DNA of 63,349 nt, counting the filler, from Asterionella formosa (lineage: Eukaryota): assembly GCA_002256025.1 (NCBI GenBank). It is 7 parts of 7 records of this genome, joined end to end, with 100 filler letters (N's around TTAATTAATTAA, not from the genome) between each part and the next. Parts side by side here need not be neighbours in the genome. Positions count along the whole stretch, not along the records: positions 1 to 19,325 come from NKIB01003728.1; 6 more parts are not named here. One strand, 5' to 3'. Positions 1-11,617 of this stretch are shown piece by piece (the first letter of the stretch is position 1; each line of letters begins with the position of its first letter). The translations under genes were made by a program, and so were the position numbers. The notes under the pieces were generated by a model that saw nothing but the letters and a program-made list of their open reading frames with translations, had not been told where the DNA came from and made no database searches.

Positions 1-2655
1 TAAGTGACTGCTGCTGTAGACTTTTTTTATCTGAAAGACATCTGAATCTATCTTCATTGCAACTCACTATGTAGTGGGTAGAGAGTAGTTACCCTTCAGG
101 GTGAGGATATGACCTATCACTGCTTGATTCAATATTGCTTTTAAGATTACCGCATTTGCTGCAAGAGTTGTGGAGGATGCCTTTGAAAAAGAACGACGTC
201 TTCCAGTGGGCCGGATATAAAGTGTGAAATGTAGGCAAGGAACTATGTGATATCTTAGCACCGGCCTCAATATTGTCAAGCTGCAATAAAAAATTTATGC
301 GTTGAAGTCCCCTTATATACTTAATTTTCAGACTGCATCAAGTAAGGAGATGTTTCGTTCTTTTATAAGCCTTACTTTATGGGCACACTGTACGTGTGGA
401 ACTATTTGTCCTGACTTTCCCCGTTAATAAAATATTATTCATGACTAGAAAGAGGGAAGAATTTGAATAAGAATGCCTGTTTTCTTTGAATGCGCGCGTT
501 TGCTAAGAGATCAACACAAATACTGGTATTAGCGTTCGTTGAAAGATTTTGTGATCATAACTTGTGTATTGGTGTGATCAAATCCAAGCCAATTGGACAG
601 AAGGAGGGACAAGGATTCAACTATCAAAAATACTTGCAAGATAACGTCCACATTTTTTGATGGTCATCCTCGTGAGAGGCCAAACTGGATGAATTGGAAG
701 CGGCGATTGGCTGCCTCACTATCACTACATATTTGTAATTTGCTGGTAGTTTTTGTAGTGATAAACAAAACTAACGCAATCGCAGTCCACCCTGATTTCA
801 ACGAGATTTAACATCGCTGCGGACTTAGAAGTTTTTACACAAACACAAGTTGCTACCAATTCAAGCAGAGAAATTAAGGCAAGATTTGTATGGAGGCTCA
901 TAGTGGAGGAAATTTGGAGGTTGACGATGCTGACAATGTGATTAGTCGAGACTATGGCTTCTACGTATTGACCTGAGATAGATTCTTTGAATGTTTAAAA
1001 TATTTTAAATCAAACATTTGGAACAGCGGATAAAGAACCTTTTCTGTTTCTATCGAAATTTTGATAACTCGATGAATATTGAGGAAATTTTGTCGAGGCA
1101 TTTCAGGCAAGTACAGAAATACCAATTTGTGAAATAGTTGCAGCTTTCAGTCGCCTTCTACGAATCGGCTGAAACATGAATCAAAATCAGAAGTATTTCA
1201 TATCATAAATGAAATCCGATTTGTTTCTATGACTTCTGTGTATTTCCCTGAAATTGATTCAGTGAAAATCGCAACTTTGACTAGAAATACTGTATTAGAA
1301 TTCATTGACGTTGACATCATGACTTGCGACACAATATCTTCATATTGCTCGTCGTTCACTCGGGTTTCGCGGATGAGAGCCATTTATCACCAAATGCTGG
1401 CCTCAAAGCTTGCCTTCCGACATTGACCAGTATTTGCGATGATTTGGCTGCGACACAGCACGTACCGAGTGTCTGATACCTGAAACACATTCGGTTAGGT
1501 GCTAATACTAACTTGAATGATGTTGGTCAAACCCCTCACCCGTGCAAGCCATAACCAATATGAATTATCATTATTTATTTTGGCTGTGATCAAAATTTTG
1601 GTTGAAAAGGAAAATTTCCAAAACTTAAAGTAAAAGATTTTGCGAATGTGACGCATTATAACCACAACTTCGAATGGCTTGGCTTCAAGTCAATAGAGTT
1701 GCGGTGCTCTCAGTTTGTCTTTGACGAGTTTTAGCGAGAAATTCAGCTGTTTGTCCCTTGTAATCTTGCATAATCTTTTATTCAAAAGAAATGAAGGGAC
1801 AACAAAAAAATATTGAAGTAGTCTAAGGTAAATCAAAATCAGTAAGGGCCAACGACTGGTTCAGTCAAAGCCTGGTATTCCGTAGACTCCACACAGTGCT
1901 GGTATGATCCAGAAGAATGTCGATAGACCCAGCGTACATATGTATTCAAACTGCATATATTTATATAGCTAAAACACGCCCAAGCAGCAATGGAAACGTC
2001 AATTTTCTCGCCACAGGATAAATTTATGCCGACCGGGCCATGGTCGCTTTGACGTGAATGCTCTTGCCAACCCCTATAGGCGCATGTGCAGCTTGAAATG
2101 AACTCGAACGGTTGCATTAAGAGTTCATTTCAGGTTTTTCAAGGAAGGTTCACAGTGACTTCAATGAGAGTGATGGTTGGTTTCGATGCGCTCACCATCC
2201 CTTTTGAGCCAAGATTCATGAGGCCGCTCTTCGCAATGCAACCAGCCAAGGTTGTAACCCCATAGAAAAGTTGGACCAAGATTCATCATAGAGAGTTATG
2301 CTGCACATTTTGCATGCTGCTTCAATTTTTTGCTGGGACAAATCATTTAAAACAGTTGATATTTATCACACTGTGACATTCTCAATCAGCAAATCGACAT
2401 CATCTCTTGCTTCCTCCAACAAATCCCACAGACAAGCCTGCTGGACCATGAAAGAAGACAATCATTCACCTTTACAATTTGGCGGAGTTTACATTCCATC
2501 CCATGATACCTCCACCTTCAATGAATGCTGGAAAGCCTCGACCAAAATGAGTTGTCACATTATTCTGTTGAAGATAAACTGTGCTTGATTGAATTGTCCC
2601 CATTGTCTGGCCAAATATCATTTCCCCAGTAGGATTTAAACCTTGCTTGAACTTG

Positions 2656-2735
2656 CAACAGAACTTTAAAACAAGACTGGCCTATAGACAAACATCAACA
2701 GAACTTTAAAACAAGACTGGCCTATAGACAAACAT
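2656..2735. repeat. Exact 40-bp tandem duplication
   Basis: CAACAGAACTTTAAAACAAGACTGGCCTATAGACAAACAT at 2656-2695 and 2696-2735. Confidence 0.95.
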
Positions 2736-3965
2736 CCTTTCTGGAGTTGATGTTTCTGGAGTGATGTATCTTGTCCTGGGCTGTACATAGGTCCTCTTTT
2801 GTGGACTGCCTAGAAACAAAACACCATATTGCATCTATGTGCACATCAGTCTAGCTATGGTATCCCTTTTGAGGTAAAGATGCGAGCAATCGATACCATG
2901 ACATTGTGCTGTTGTCAAATCCTTATTTTTATGCACATTGGTTGTCAAAAAGGTCGGGGAGGAGAGGTTTTCTGGAGAGGACATGATTTTATGGAAAATG
3001 CCATGCAAAAAATTGAAGTCAATTTTGCGACTCTAGAGGAGACTTGAAAATACACAATTCAATTTGGAAAGAATTTTAGATGGAAGTAATTATTTTTATA
3101 TTCAGCAGGATAATTATTGGAGATATCGCCTGTTGAAAGGGCAAAAAACCAGAAAGCTTTGGATGCAACTACAATATTTGAACAGGGGGAGTAGTAATTT
3201 GATCATAAAACGACTTCAGCATTAATTAGTTTTTGTAAGCTTTTGTTGTTAGAATATCATATTCATTGTGTTTTTCCTTTTTTCTATATTTAGGCACCAC
3301 TGTTAAAAGGGATAATATATATTGGTAAATTTGACCAAAATTCCTCAAAACTAACAGAGTCTGATGAAGATTAGGAAAACAAAATACAGGTATGCAAGAT
3401 TTCATCAAATGTTTCAAATTTGCAGTTACCTTTTTCTTTTCTTTCCTATGTATAGGTTTTTGCTCATTTACCCTGAATCATTGTCGTTTTTGCCCTACTT
3501 TGCAATGTGGGTTTTAAGGCAGGTGGTCCATAAATGAAACCTTTAGAAAATTTATCTATAGCTTATTTGTTTGCTAAGTACGAAAAGCAAAAACATTCCT
3601 GGTAATTGATTCTGCCCCTTATTTAGTGTTAGTTGACTGTGAGGAGGATACAGTTATTATTTGTGGACAAGTGCTGATTTCATTTATCAAGGAAATAATA
3701 GCAGAAGTACTGCACATTAGAATCAAATGAATACGATATATTCTATTTTATCTTTAGGTACAGTAGCAACAAAGAAGGAAATTGAAATATAATCAATTCA
3801 GTTCACATCTGTCTTTTATTTTACCTTGGGCAAAGCTTGTCTTGTGATGTAGCAAAAGGAAGGGTACCAGAATGACTCAGTACATCAGTAAGATGCATGG
3901 CCTTGAAATTTCTGTTGAATTTCAAATCCCACGATTTAAATTTATAATTTTCCCCTTTGAAAGTA

Positions 3966-5501
3966 TTACAATTTCTTCTCAAAAACTATAAGACATTCAA
4001 TATGTCGTGTTTGGGGAAATAGGTCAAAAGGCTGGATGCTTGTGATTTCATAACCATTTGCAACAATTCCATTTGAATCTCTGGCCTGCGTTGCTGGATC
4101 ACAGCTCATATAGACAATTCTTTGAGGTTTAAAATTGTAAAGTTGTTCAAGAAACTCCTCTGAACATCCCTTACGAGGGGGGTCACAAACAACAACAGTC
4201 GATTCTCGAGGAAAGTCTTTCACCTTTGTTGGTGTAGTTTCTGGGTCTCCAATGGTTTCTTCAGAATCAAAAATAGCTTCGGCACTAGCAGCCACAAAAT
4301 GGCAATTAGAAATGCCATTGAGCACAGCATTTGCCTTTGCCTCCTTAATGGCATTACTATTGACTTCAATTCCTACACAAGTATCAAACTCATGGGAAGT
4401 GCTGAGACAGAATAATCCTGATCCACAATAGCAATCAATTAAGTGCGTCATTTGCTGCCCAACTGCTGTAGGCTTGGTGGCAGCTGCTACAACATAGTCC
4501 ACCATAACAGGTAGCATGAAGGGGTTGTTTTGAAAGAAATTGCCTGCCAAAAACTTAAATGTTAACCCTTTTACCGTGGTTGTCACATAAGAATTGTTAT
4601 CAGTCACCACACCTTCATTGGCATGCCTGAGTAGCAATGTAGCCCCTTTCTTGGTATTCTTCAATTCATTTGCCTGTGCTTGATCCCTTTTTTCGTCTCG
4701 TAAAGTCTTGAGTCGTTCATTTATGGCTTCTGTCGCGATGTTGCAATACTCTACATCTACCAAGCTTCTACTGGACTTGTGCTTGAATCCAATGTGTCCA
4801 ATCTTGTACTTGTTGGGTCCATCCTTTTCCGGTTGTTCATAATGCGGTGTTATTTTGGAGCGATAATGAAAAATCTCATCTGTTCCAACTGTGGGCGACA
4901 CATGAATGTCATGTATATCGCCTATTCTTTCCAGCAAATCCTCTACCTGGCGAGTCTTCCATAAACGCTGTGAGGATATATCCATGTGTTGATATTGACA
5001 GCCTCCACAAATGCTCGCCAATTTGCACTGTGGTAGCACACGAGTTGCACTCGGTTCCACAATTTCCAACAGATCAGCTTCACTGTATGACTTATGATTT
5101 CTATAAATCCGCATTCTTACTAGCTCTCCTGGAATGACGTTGGGCACAAAGACTACCCAATCTCCTTGCTGGTCATTGTCATTTTCCGCAAAACCTTCAT
5201 CTGCATCGATTTGGATTCGACAGACTCCAACACCTAGGTTGGTCAATGAGAGCACTCGCAAAGTCAATTCTTCGCGGTATTGAAATGGATAAGCCACAAA
5301 TTTCCTGGGAACTTTCAACGTTTCTCCAGCAGAAGGCGGCGATTCGTAGTAATCAGTATTGTTAGTAGATAGCATGAGTCTTGTTGTTTGAGCAACAGCT
5401 ACGCCTTTTCGCACGAAAACGCGTCCCATGGACATGGGTTTCCAGGCTCTGGTTGCCGACATGCCTAGCAGAATTATAGCTCTCATTTCCGATGCTTTCA
5501 T
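3966..5501 (-). CDS. RlmD/TrmA-family RNA (uracil-5-)-methyltransferase, probably organelle-targeted
   Basis: 511-aa ORF with a TRAM-like segment (VFVPNVIPGE), Fe-S cysteines (C..ASICGGCQYQH), FFQNN, SAM motif DCYCGSG, DPPRKG, catalytic YMSCDPATQARD and FDLFPQTRHIE. The N-terminus is signal-peptide-like (..SATRA-WKP). Confidence 0.92.
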   Translation of the reverse strand: MKASEMRAIILLGMSATRAWKPMSMGRVFVRKGVAVAQTTRLMLSTNNTDYYESPPSAGETLKVPRKFVAYPFQYREELTLRVLSLTNLGVGVCRIQIDADEGFAENDNDQQGDWVVFVPNVIPGELVRMRIYRNHKSYSEADLLEIVEPSATRVLPQCKLASICGGCQYQHMDISSQRLWKTRQVEDLLERIGDIHDIHVSPTVGTDEIFHYRSKITPHYEQPEKDGPNKYKIGHIGFKHKSSRSLVDVEYCNIATEAINERLKTLRDEKRDQAQANELKNTKKGATLLLRHANEGVVTDNNSYVTTTVKGLTFKFLAGNFFQNNPFMLPVMVDYVVAAATKPTAVGQQMTHLIDCYCGSGLFCLSTSHEFDTCVGIEVNSNAIKEAKANAVLNGISNCHFVAASAEAIFDSEETIGDPETTPTKVKDFPRESTVVVCDPPRKGCSEEFLEQLYNFKPQRIVYMSCDPATQARDSNGIVANGYEITSIQPFDLFPQTRHIECLIVFEKKL

Positions 5502-6316
5502 GTTTTGTCAATGAAAGAACAGGTTGGTCGATGTATGATGTGAGATTATGATCGAACGCAAAGTCGTAATGAATGAACGAACCGCTCTGCTATTATGCGT
5601 ACTGCATAATATGGCTTATTTCATGTGTGCGTGATGCTGACAGGCACGAGTGGAGGACGGTGGTCGGCGGTGTACCGGTAAGCAAGCCAATGTCATCCAT
5701 TGTTCATGAGTGAATGAGAAAAGCGCTCAATATAGCACGGTGTGATTATAGTACATCATCCTGGTAACATACGGAGTAAGAACAGAATACCAATGGTGGG
5801 CGGACGAGTTGCGGTAAAAGACGGTTCTTACTAGTAGGAAAAGGGAGCTAAAGTTCTCATTTACCGCAACTTGCACAGCTATTACTGATACGCACATACT
5901 TACCCGGAGATCTACCGGTTACATAATACCAGGTACCTACTGTTTGTCAACTTTGCTATGGTACCTGGTACGTACCTGGTTGGACTCCATTGCTTAGCTA
6001 TGAAGTAACGTACCGGTCGCCAATCTGATCTACCAGGTACCACGACCAGTCTACAAAGACTTGCAAATCTAGATTCCCTCATAGTTTTCTTGAGGCAAGT
6101 GCATGTAAGTCTCTGCTCCAGAATAGTTATGAAGCTACCGATAGAGGCAAAGTAAAGTTGCTGATAATTTAATACGAATAACCTATCAGTTGAACTAATC
6201 AGCACAAGACAATCTGGTGTTGTGATCATTAGATTTTAATTGTTATGATAGTACCAGGTAGGCAACAGACAGTAAGTAGACTGAACGCCATCAGTGGTCC
6301 ACTCAAGTAGATTGCT

Positions 6317-7001
6317 TTACTTTCTGCGTCCAGTCGAGCAAGTGTGCTGTCCACGAACTCTGATGTTCCACCAGTGACGAAGACCACGATGGGCTCTAAT
6401 CTTCTTCATGCGCTCAATGTCCTCACGCAACTTAGCATCAATGTTCTGTGCGAAAATTTGACTGTACTTTCCAGTTTTGAAGTCCTTTTGACGATTGAGG
6501 AACCAAAGCGGAATCTTGAATTGACGCGGATTCTGGATAATGGCCACAAGCTTTTCGATTTCATCAGCGGTGAGTTCTCCCGCGCGCTTGTTGACGTCGA
6601 TTTCCGCCTTTTTGCAAATCAAGTCAGCGAAACGGCGTCCGAGACCCTTGATTTTGGTCAATCCGAAGACGACGTTTCTCTTTCCCTCCACGTTGGTGTT
6701 GAGGATACGGAGAATGTGTTGGAACTCGGGTCCTTGCATCAAAGTGCTCGTCCTGTTGTCGTGCGAGTTTGTGATTATGGGTGAGCATCAAATCAACATT
6801 GGGCGGTTGCAAGCCTATGCTTCCATGCATTGTGGACAATGGACGAATAACGACGCAGCCATGTGATTTGCGATCAATGAATCCGGCAGAATTAAATTAC
6901 TCAGTCGTCGATGCGCAGCATTCGGATCGGTTCACGGATTCCTTGGTCGCTCTCTCTGGCCCTATGCACATTCTGTGTGTCCCAGTGGACTAAACTCACA
7001 T
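6317..7001 (-). CDS. RPS18: 40S ribosomal protein S18 (uS13); 2 exons (7001-7000, 6752-6317)
   Basis: [42 protein letters not shown]. Predicted intron 6999-6753 (GTGAGT...ACAACAG) splits the ATG and gives [11 protein letters not shown]. Confidence 0.95.
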
Positions 7002-7512
7002 GGTGGCAGTTGTTCTGTTGCTATTGCTGATCCAGATGGCTACCGTATCGATAGAATCCCAACAGGGTAGGCTGAGTATAGATGTTGGCAAACAGGTTGA
7101 GTTGAGTGCCCGCTGCCGGTCTAGCGGAAACAGGAAGTGGTAAGGAGTAAGGTCTGTCCTCGGTACGCGCTAGATCGGATTGGCACACGAACCGGTTCCT
7201 AGCGACCACCAATAATTCTAAACACCATAATGCAGAAGTGATGCGTATTTGTAGCTCGTGCTGCAGTCGACGAATCTGCGGTTGCGGCTCGCGGTGGGCT
7301 AGATACAAAATCGAATCAGCCACCAAGGACGAAAAACCAGAGCATGTGAAGTTTTGATATCCGAGTACCCGGTAGATATAGCCCCCTACCGGTAGTAAAA
7401 TGGCATTGTGGTACCTGGACGACCTGGACATTCTATGTACCTAGATTTATTCCAATAAAATAATAAGGAACGTAGCACATCATTCTTAACTCAACCAACG
7501 TACAGATTCAAG

Positions 7513-9381
7513 ATGAGCGAAACAGACAGTAGCATCAGCAAGCCAACCCCGATCATCGGAATCGACCTGGGAACGACGTATTCCTGTTTGGCATGCTGGA
7601 TCGATGGCAAGGTGGAAGTGATTCCCACCGCCTCGGGGCGCACCATGCCTTCCTGGGTCGCATTTACAAACGAAGGAAAGGTCGTGGGAGCGGCAGCCAA
7701 GGCCCAAGCCAGTAGGAACTCGGCAAACACCATTTACGATGTCAAGCGTATCCTGGGAAGAAGCTTCCAGGACGAAGTCGTCGTGGAGGAAATCAAAGGA
7801 TTCCCATTCAGCGTCATTGAAGGACCATCGGGAAACCCGACCATTCAAGTGGAGTGGATGAACGCGAAGAAGGAACTCAGCCCAGAGGAGGTATCGGCCA
7901 TGGTACTGGGAGAACTGAAGCTGGCCGCCGAGCAGCACTTGGGATTCCCCATCAAAGATGCCGTCATCACCGTGCCTGCACACTTCAATAATCTACAACG
8001 TCAAGCTACCAAGCACGCGGGCAGAATCGCGGGCCTCAATGTCAGGCGCATCATCAACGAGCCCACTGCTGCGGCATTGGCTTATGGCTTGCATTCAACT
8101 AGCGATGCTGCTGCTGACGAAGCCAAGAAGACAAACGTGCTCATTTTCGATCTAGGAGGAGGAACCTTTGATGTCACCTGCTTGACCATGACCGAAGGAG
8201 TGCTGGAAGTCAAGGCCACTGGTGGTGACACTCATTTGGGTGGGGAAGATTTCGACAACCTGGTGGTTGAATGGTGCATCTCGACTGTTGACGACGCAGC
8301 GTTTGGGGCCAAATTGAAGAAGGATGGAAGAGCCATCTCCAGACTTCGTCGCGCCGTTGAAGCCGCCAAGAAGGAACTGTCCACTGCACAGTCTGTCGAT
8401 ATTGAGGTCGATTCGCTGTTGGGCGACAAAGATTTCTCGGCTACACTTACAAGAAAGGTTTTTGAGGATTTGAATAGTCACCTATTCCAAAGATGTTTGG
8501 ACACCGTCAAAGCTGTCTTGGTGGATGCCTCAGTTGAACTTGACCAAGTTACTGACATCGTTCTGGTCGGGGGATCCACTCGCGTTCCTTTTTTGCAGCA
8601 ATCTCTTTTCGATATGTTTGGAGGACGCTTGGAATTGTGCAAGTCCGTGCATCCAGATGAAGCTGTTGCCATTGGGGCTGCTGTCCAGGGACACATTTTG
8701 AGCTCGGGCGGAAGTGGGGGAGGAAAGGACCTTGAAGCAGAAAACACTACTGACTTGCTTCTTTTGGATGTTACTCCTCTTTCACTTGGCATTGAATTGG
8801 AAGGACGCGTCATGTCAACTCTCATCAAACGAAACACTGCCATTCCATGTCGCAAGACGCGCACCTACAGCACCGTCGAAGACTGGCAAACATCCATTGA
8901 CGTCGTCGTTTACGAAGGAGAGCGTCAATCTATTGATGCTAACAATAAGTTGGGATCCTTTGTTATTAACGGCATTCAACGCGCACGCGCTGGAGAACCC
9001 AAGGTCGATGTCACTTTTGCCCTTGATGCTAACGGTATCCTACAAGTCTCAGCTCGCGATCAAATCACTGGTGCTGCAGCCCAATCCACCATCAAGGCTG
9101 AGAAGGGGAGACTCACGGACGATGAAATTGACCGCATGATCGCTGATGCTGACAAGTACCGTGCTGCAGATGCTGAGTTGAGCAACAAAACCGCCTACAA
9201 GACGGCTCTGGAAGAAGCTTTGTTTACTGCGCAGTCCAAGGCGTCAGCTGCTGCTGACATTAAGGAATTGGAAGAAATCATGGATTGGATGGATTTGGAT
9301 TCCGAGAATGCCACCCTTGACGATATGAAGAGCAGAGGACGTATTTTGGAAGATAAGTATGGAATCATGGTGGCTCTATAA
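7513..9381 (+). CDS. Hsp70-family chaperone, cytosolic type lacking C-terminal EEVD
   Basis: IGIDLGTTYS, TVPAHFN, RIINEPTAAALAYG, IFDLGGGTFD, GDTHLGGEDFD, VGGSTR, linker DLLLLDVTPLSLG. Short lid ending KYGIMVAL; no signal or transit peptide. Confidence 0.95.
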   Translation: MSETDSSISKPTPIIGIDLGTTYSCLACWIDGKVEVIPTASGRTMPSWVAFTNEGKVVGAAAKAQASRNSANTIYDVKRILGRSFQDEVVVEEIKGFPFSVIEGPSGNPTIQVEWMNAKKELSPEEVSAMVLGELKLAAEQHLGFPIKDAVITVPAHFNNLQRQATKHAGRIAGLNVRRIINEPTAAALAYGLHSTSDAAADEAKKTNVLIFDLGGGTFDVTCLTMTEGVLEVKATGGDTHLGGEDFDNLVVEWCISTVDDAAFGAKLKKDGRAISRLRRAVEAAKKELSTAQSVDIEVDSLLGDKDFSATLTRKVFEDLNSHLFQRCLDTVKAVLVDASVELDQVTDIVLVGGSTRVPFLQQSLFDMFGGRLELCKSVHPDEAVAIGAAVQGHILSSGGSGGGKDLEAENTTDLLLLDVTPLSLGIELEGRVMSTLIKRNTAIPCRKTRTYSTVEDWQTSIDVVVYEGERQSIDANNKLGSFVINGIQRARAGEPKVDVTFALDANGILQVSARDQITGAAAQSTIKAEKGRLTDDEIDRMIADADKYRAADAELSNKTAYKTALEEALFTAQSKASAAADIKELEEIMDWMDLDSENATLDDMKSRGRILEDKYGIMVAL

Positions 9382-9512
9382 TTTCGCCAGCAATAGTCCG
9401 GGAGAATATCTTTGCAAAGCACAAATAATCAATAATGAACAAAAGCATTTGAAACCTTTCGCTGTTTGAATCATTCTTTTTTTGCTTTTCCAATCAGAAA
9501 AAGCGTCAATGG

Positions 9513-9727
9513 AGCAAGCGGGAGAATGGATTCATTCCTTTCCATGCAGAGCTCTGTACTAGGTTGTATCAGTGAATGTGACAGCAACCCATTTTAAACC
9601 AAGTGATTTACCAGTTTGGATGCAAGCAAGCGAATGGATTCATTCCTTTACCTGTAGAGCCCTTCGTTAGGACATATCAGTGAATGTGACAGCAATTTCA
9701 AGCAAAGTATTTCACCATTGTGGATTG
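9513..9727. repeat. Imperfect ~110-bp tandem duplication
   Basis: Two diverged copies of GCAAGC..GAATGGATTCATTCCTTT..AGAGC..TATCAGTGAATGTGACAGCAA. Confidence 0.8.
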
Positions 9728-10925
9728 AGTACTTGAGGTGCATTTCACTAACATGCTATTTACAAACCAGCATTAGCTATTGCAACCTCTATCACCCAGA
9801 TTGAATGGGTGTGGTACTGTCAATATGCTACATTTAACTTGTTCAATGGAAAACTATGTATAACTCAAGAAGATCTTAGATGGTCTGAAAGGCTTGAGTC
9901 ACTACATAAGAATGGATGTACAAAAGAGGATGCAAAATGTGATTTGGAATACTCAAGGGACACTCCTGGCATATCTTAAAATCAAGCAACTGGTTAAATG
10001 GAGTAACCCAACCCAACAAGGGGTCACTAATAGTATGCTATGCATTCCACAACAAGTTTGTACTTGAAAGTGATGGCTTAGACCTGCAATTGAAGACTGG
10101 TAGTGCAAGTGACAGCTGAGAGGGACCGCTAGTCCCATTGAATGGAACTTGCTAAAGTTTAACTGGAGTGTGCACCTTTTGCTATTCATCAATAATGTAC
10201 ACTTGTATCATGAGAAGCTGGATTAGCCAGGCAGGTTTAGAACATTAGTTACATCTGTGATGGGTCTGGGAAATGATGCTGGAAGAATTCCTGTTTCAAT
10301 TTGAAATTTAGTTCCTGATCGTCATAAAGAAATCTTCAATGTTGAGATGGTAACAGGGACCAATGCTCAAGTGTTTCAGCATCCATATTTGAACTTCTTC
10401 AAGAGTAAATGGATTAAACACTTTGATGTTATAAGGCTTCAAAATGAGATTGTAGTGTTGCCAACTACATTTCAAAACCCTATTTGGGATTTTTCGATTT
10501 TCACATTTGACTATCTTGAGCAAAATGCAGATGTATGAGGACCCATTTTTTGTCAAACCATCTATTCTCAATATGCATACAAAGGAGGATATAACAGTAG
10601 AATCTACTACTACCACCAAGGGTCAGAGTGAGAGGACGACCCAACAGGATCTGCCAAAAATATATTGATGATGAGGGGATATTCCAACAATAACTCCACT
10701 GATGATGTCACACTGGTATCTCTTACATATTTTTCAAGAGCAAGCAACCCCCTGAAGTAAAATCAGTCAAATTCAGTCATTGTGGTGCACATGTGGGAGA
10801 TCCAGGACAATGAACACGGATGCACATGGTATAAAAATATATGTATGATAAAATACTGGTTGAATTTTGTATTCATACCATGATGGTGCATTTGCTCAAG
10901 GCATATTGTTGTTGCTTCAGCAGAA

Positions 10926-11028
10926 GCAGATCATGGTCTTATTGCACCTGCATATTAGGAACCTGTATTATGAATGCAGATCATGGTCTGATTGCACCTG
11001 CATATTAGGAACCGGTATTGTGAATGCA
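10926..11028. repeat. 50-bp tandem duplication
   Basis: GCAGATCATGGTCT(T/G)ATTGCACCTGCATATTAGGAACC(T/G)GTATT(A/G)TGAAT at 10926-10975 and 10976-11025. Confidence 0.92.
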
Positions 11029-11617
11029 TGAATAACAGGCGGTACGTATGTATGGATGTGCGCACATCTGCCGAGATTGAAATAACGACGTCATCGTGTG
11101 GAAAACCCGGAGTTCAAAGGATCCATTTGCCAGTGACAGCAACAAACCTGACATGACCCCGGGGATTTTGCTGTACCTAGTACCAGTAGGCTCAACAACT
11201 GTACGAGTACATATTCGTGTAATAAATATGCTTATTCATAACGGAATACCGAGGACTGAACTATGTTTTTACTTGCACATCGGTATGTAGAAAGCTGTTG
11301 CATGCGAAAGCGAGCAGACCAATAATATACCGATAGGTGTGACAACTGTCGAACATGGTTTGCCTGACAAACGAACCCCATTTTTTATTTGCAGATGAGC
11401 TCATCATACGTAGACTAGTGTTGTGTTCAGGCGCTCGGTTTGGTTTTAATTGAGGTTGACTTCACAGGGAGCAGCAGTTGAGGGAGAGCTTGCCTCGCAA
11501 CGAGCTCAAACGACGAATTCAGATTGCCGGTGCCATTTTGCCCGTTCGAACAGTGACTTACTATATTTTACTGTCGCAGGCTTTGGAATCTTTTTCAAGC
11601 ATATGCAACCAATCAAC

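Noticed and set aside
6753..6999. Intronic snoRNA in the RPS18 intron
   Set aside because: No RUGAUGA C box paired with a terminal D box and stem, and no convincing H/ACA layout by eye.
9770..10760. Possible decayed gene between Hsp70 and the large plastid protein
   Set aside because: Some protein-like stretches, but many stops and no recognisable motif; not enough to call.
2656..11028. Short tandem repeats (40, 110 and 50 bp) as CRISPR arrays
   Set aside because: Only two adjacent units each, no unique spacers, no cas genes, eukaryotic context.
11450..11617. TTG-initiated N-terminal extension of the 1773-aa ORF (likewise the extensions at 19640, 25207, 32132 and 32900)
   Set aside because: Prokaryote-style start calls; downstream ATGs or spliced first exons give proper eukaryotic N-termini.
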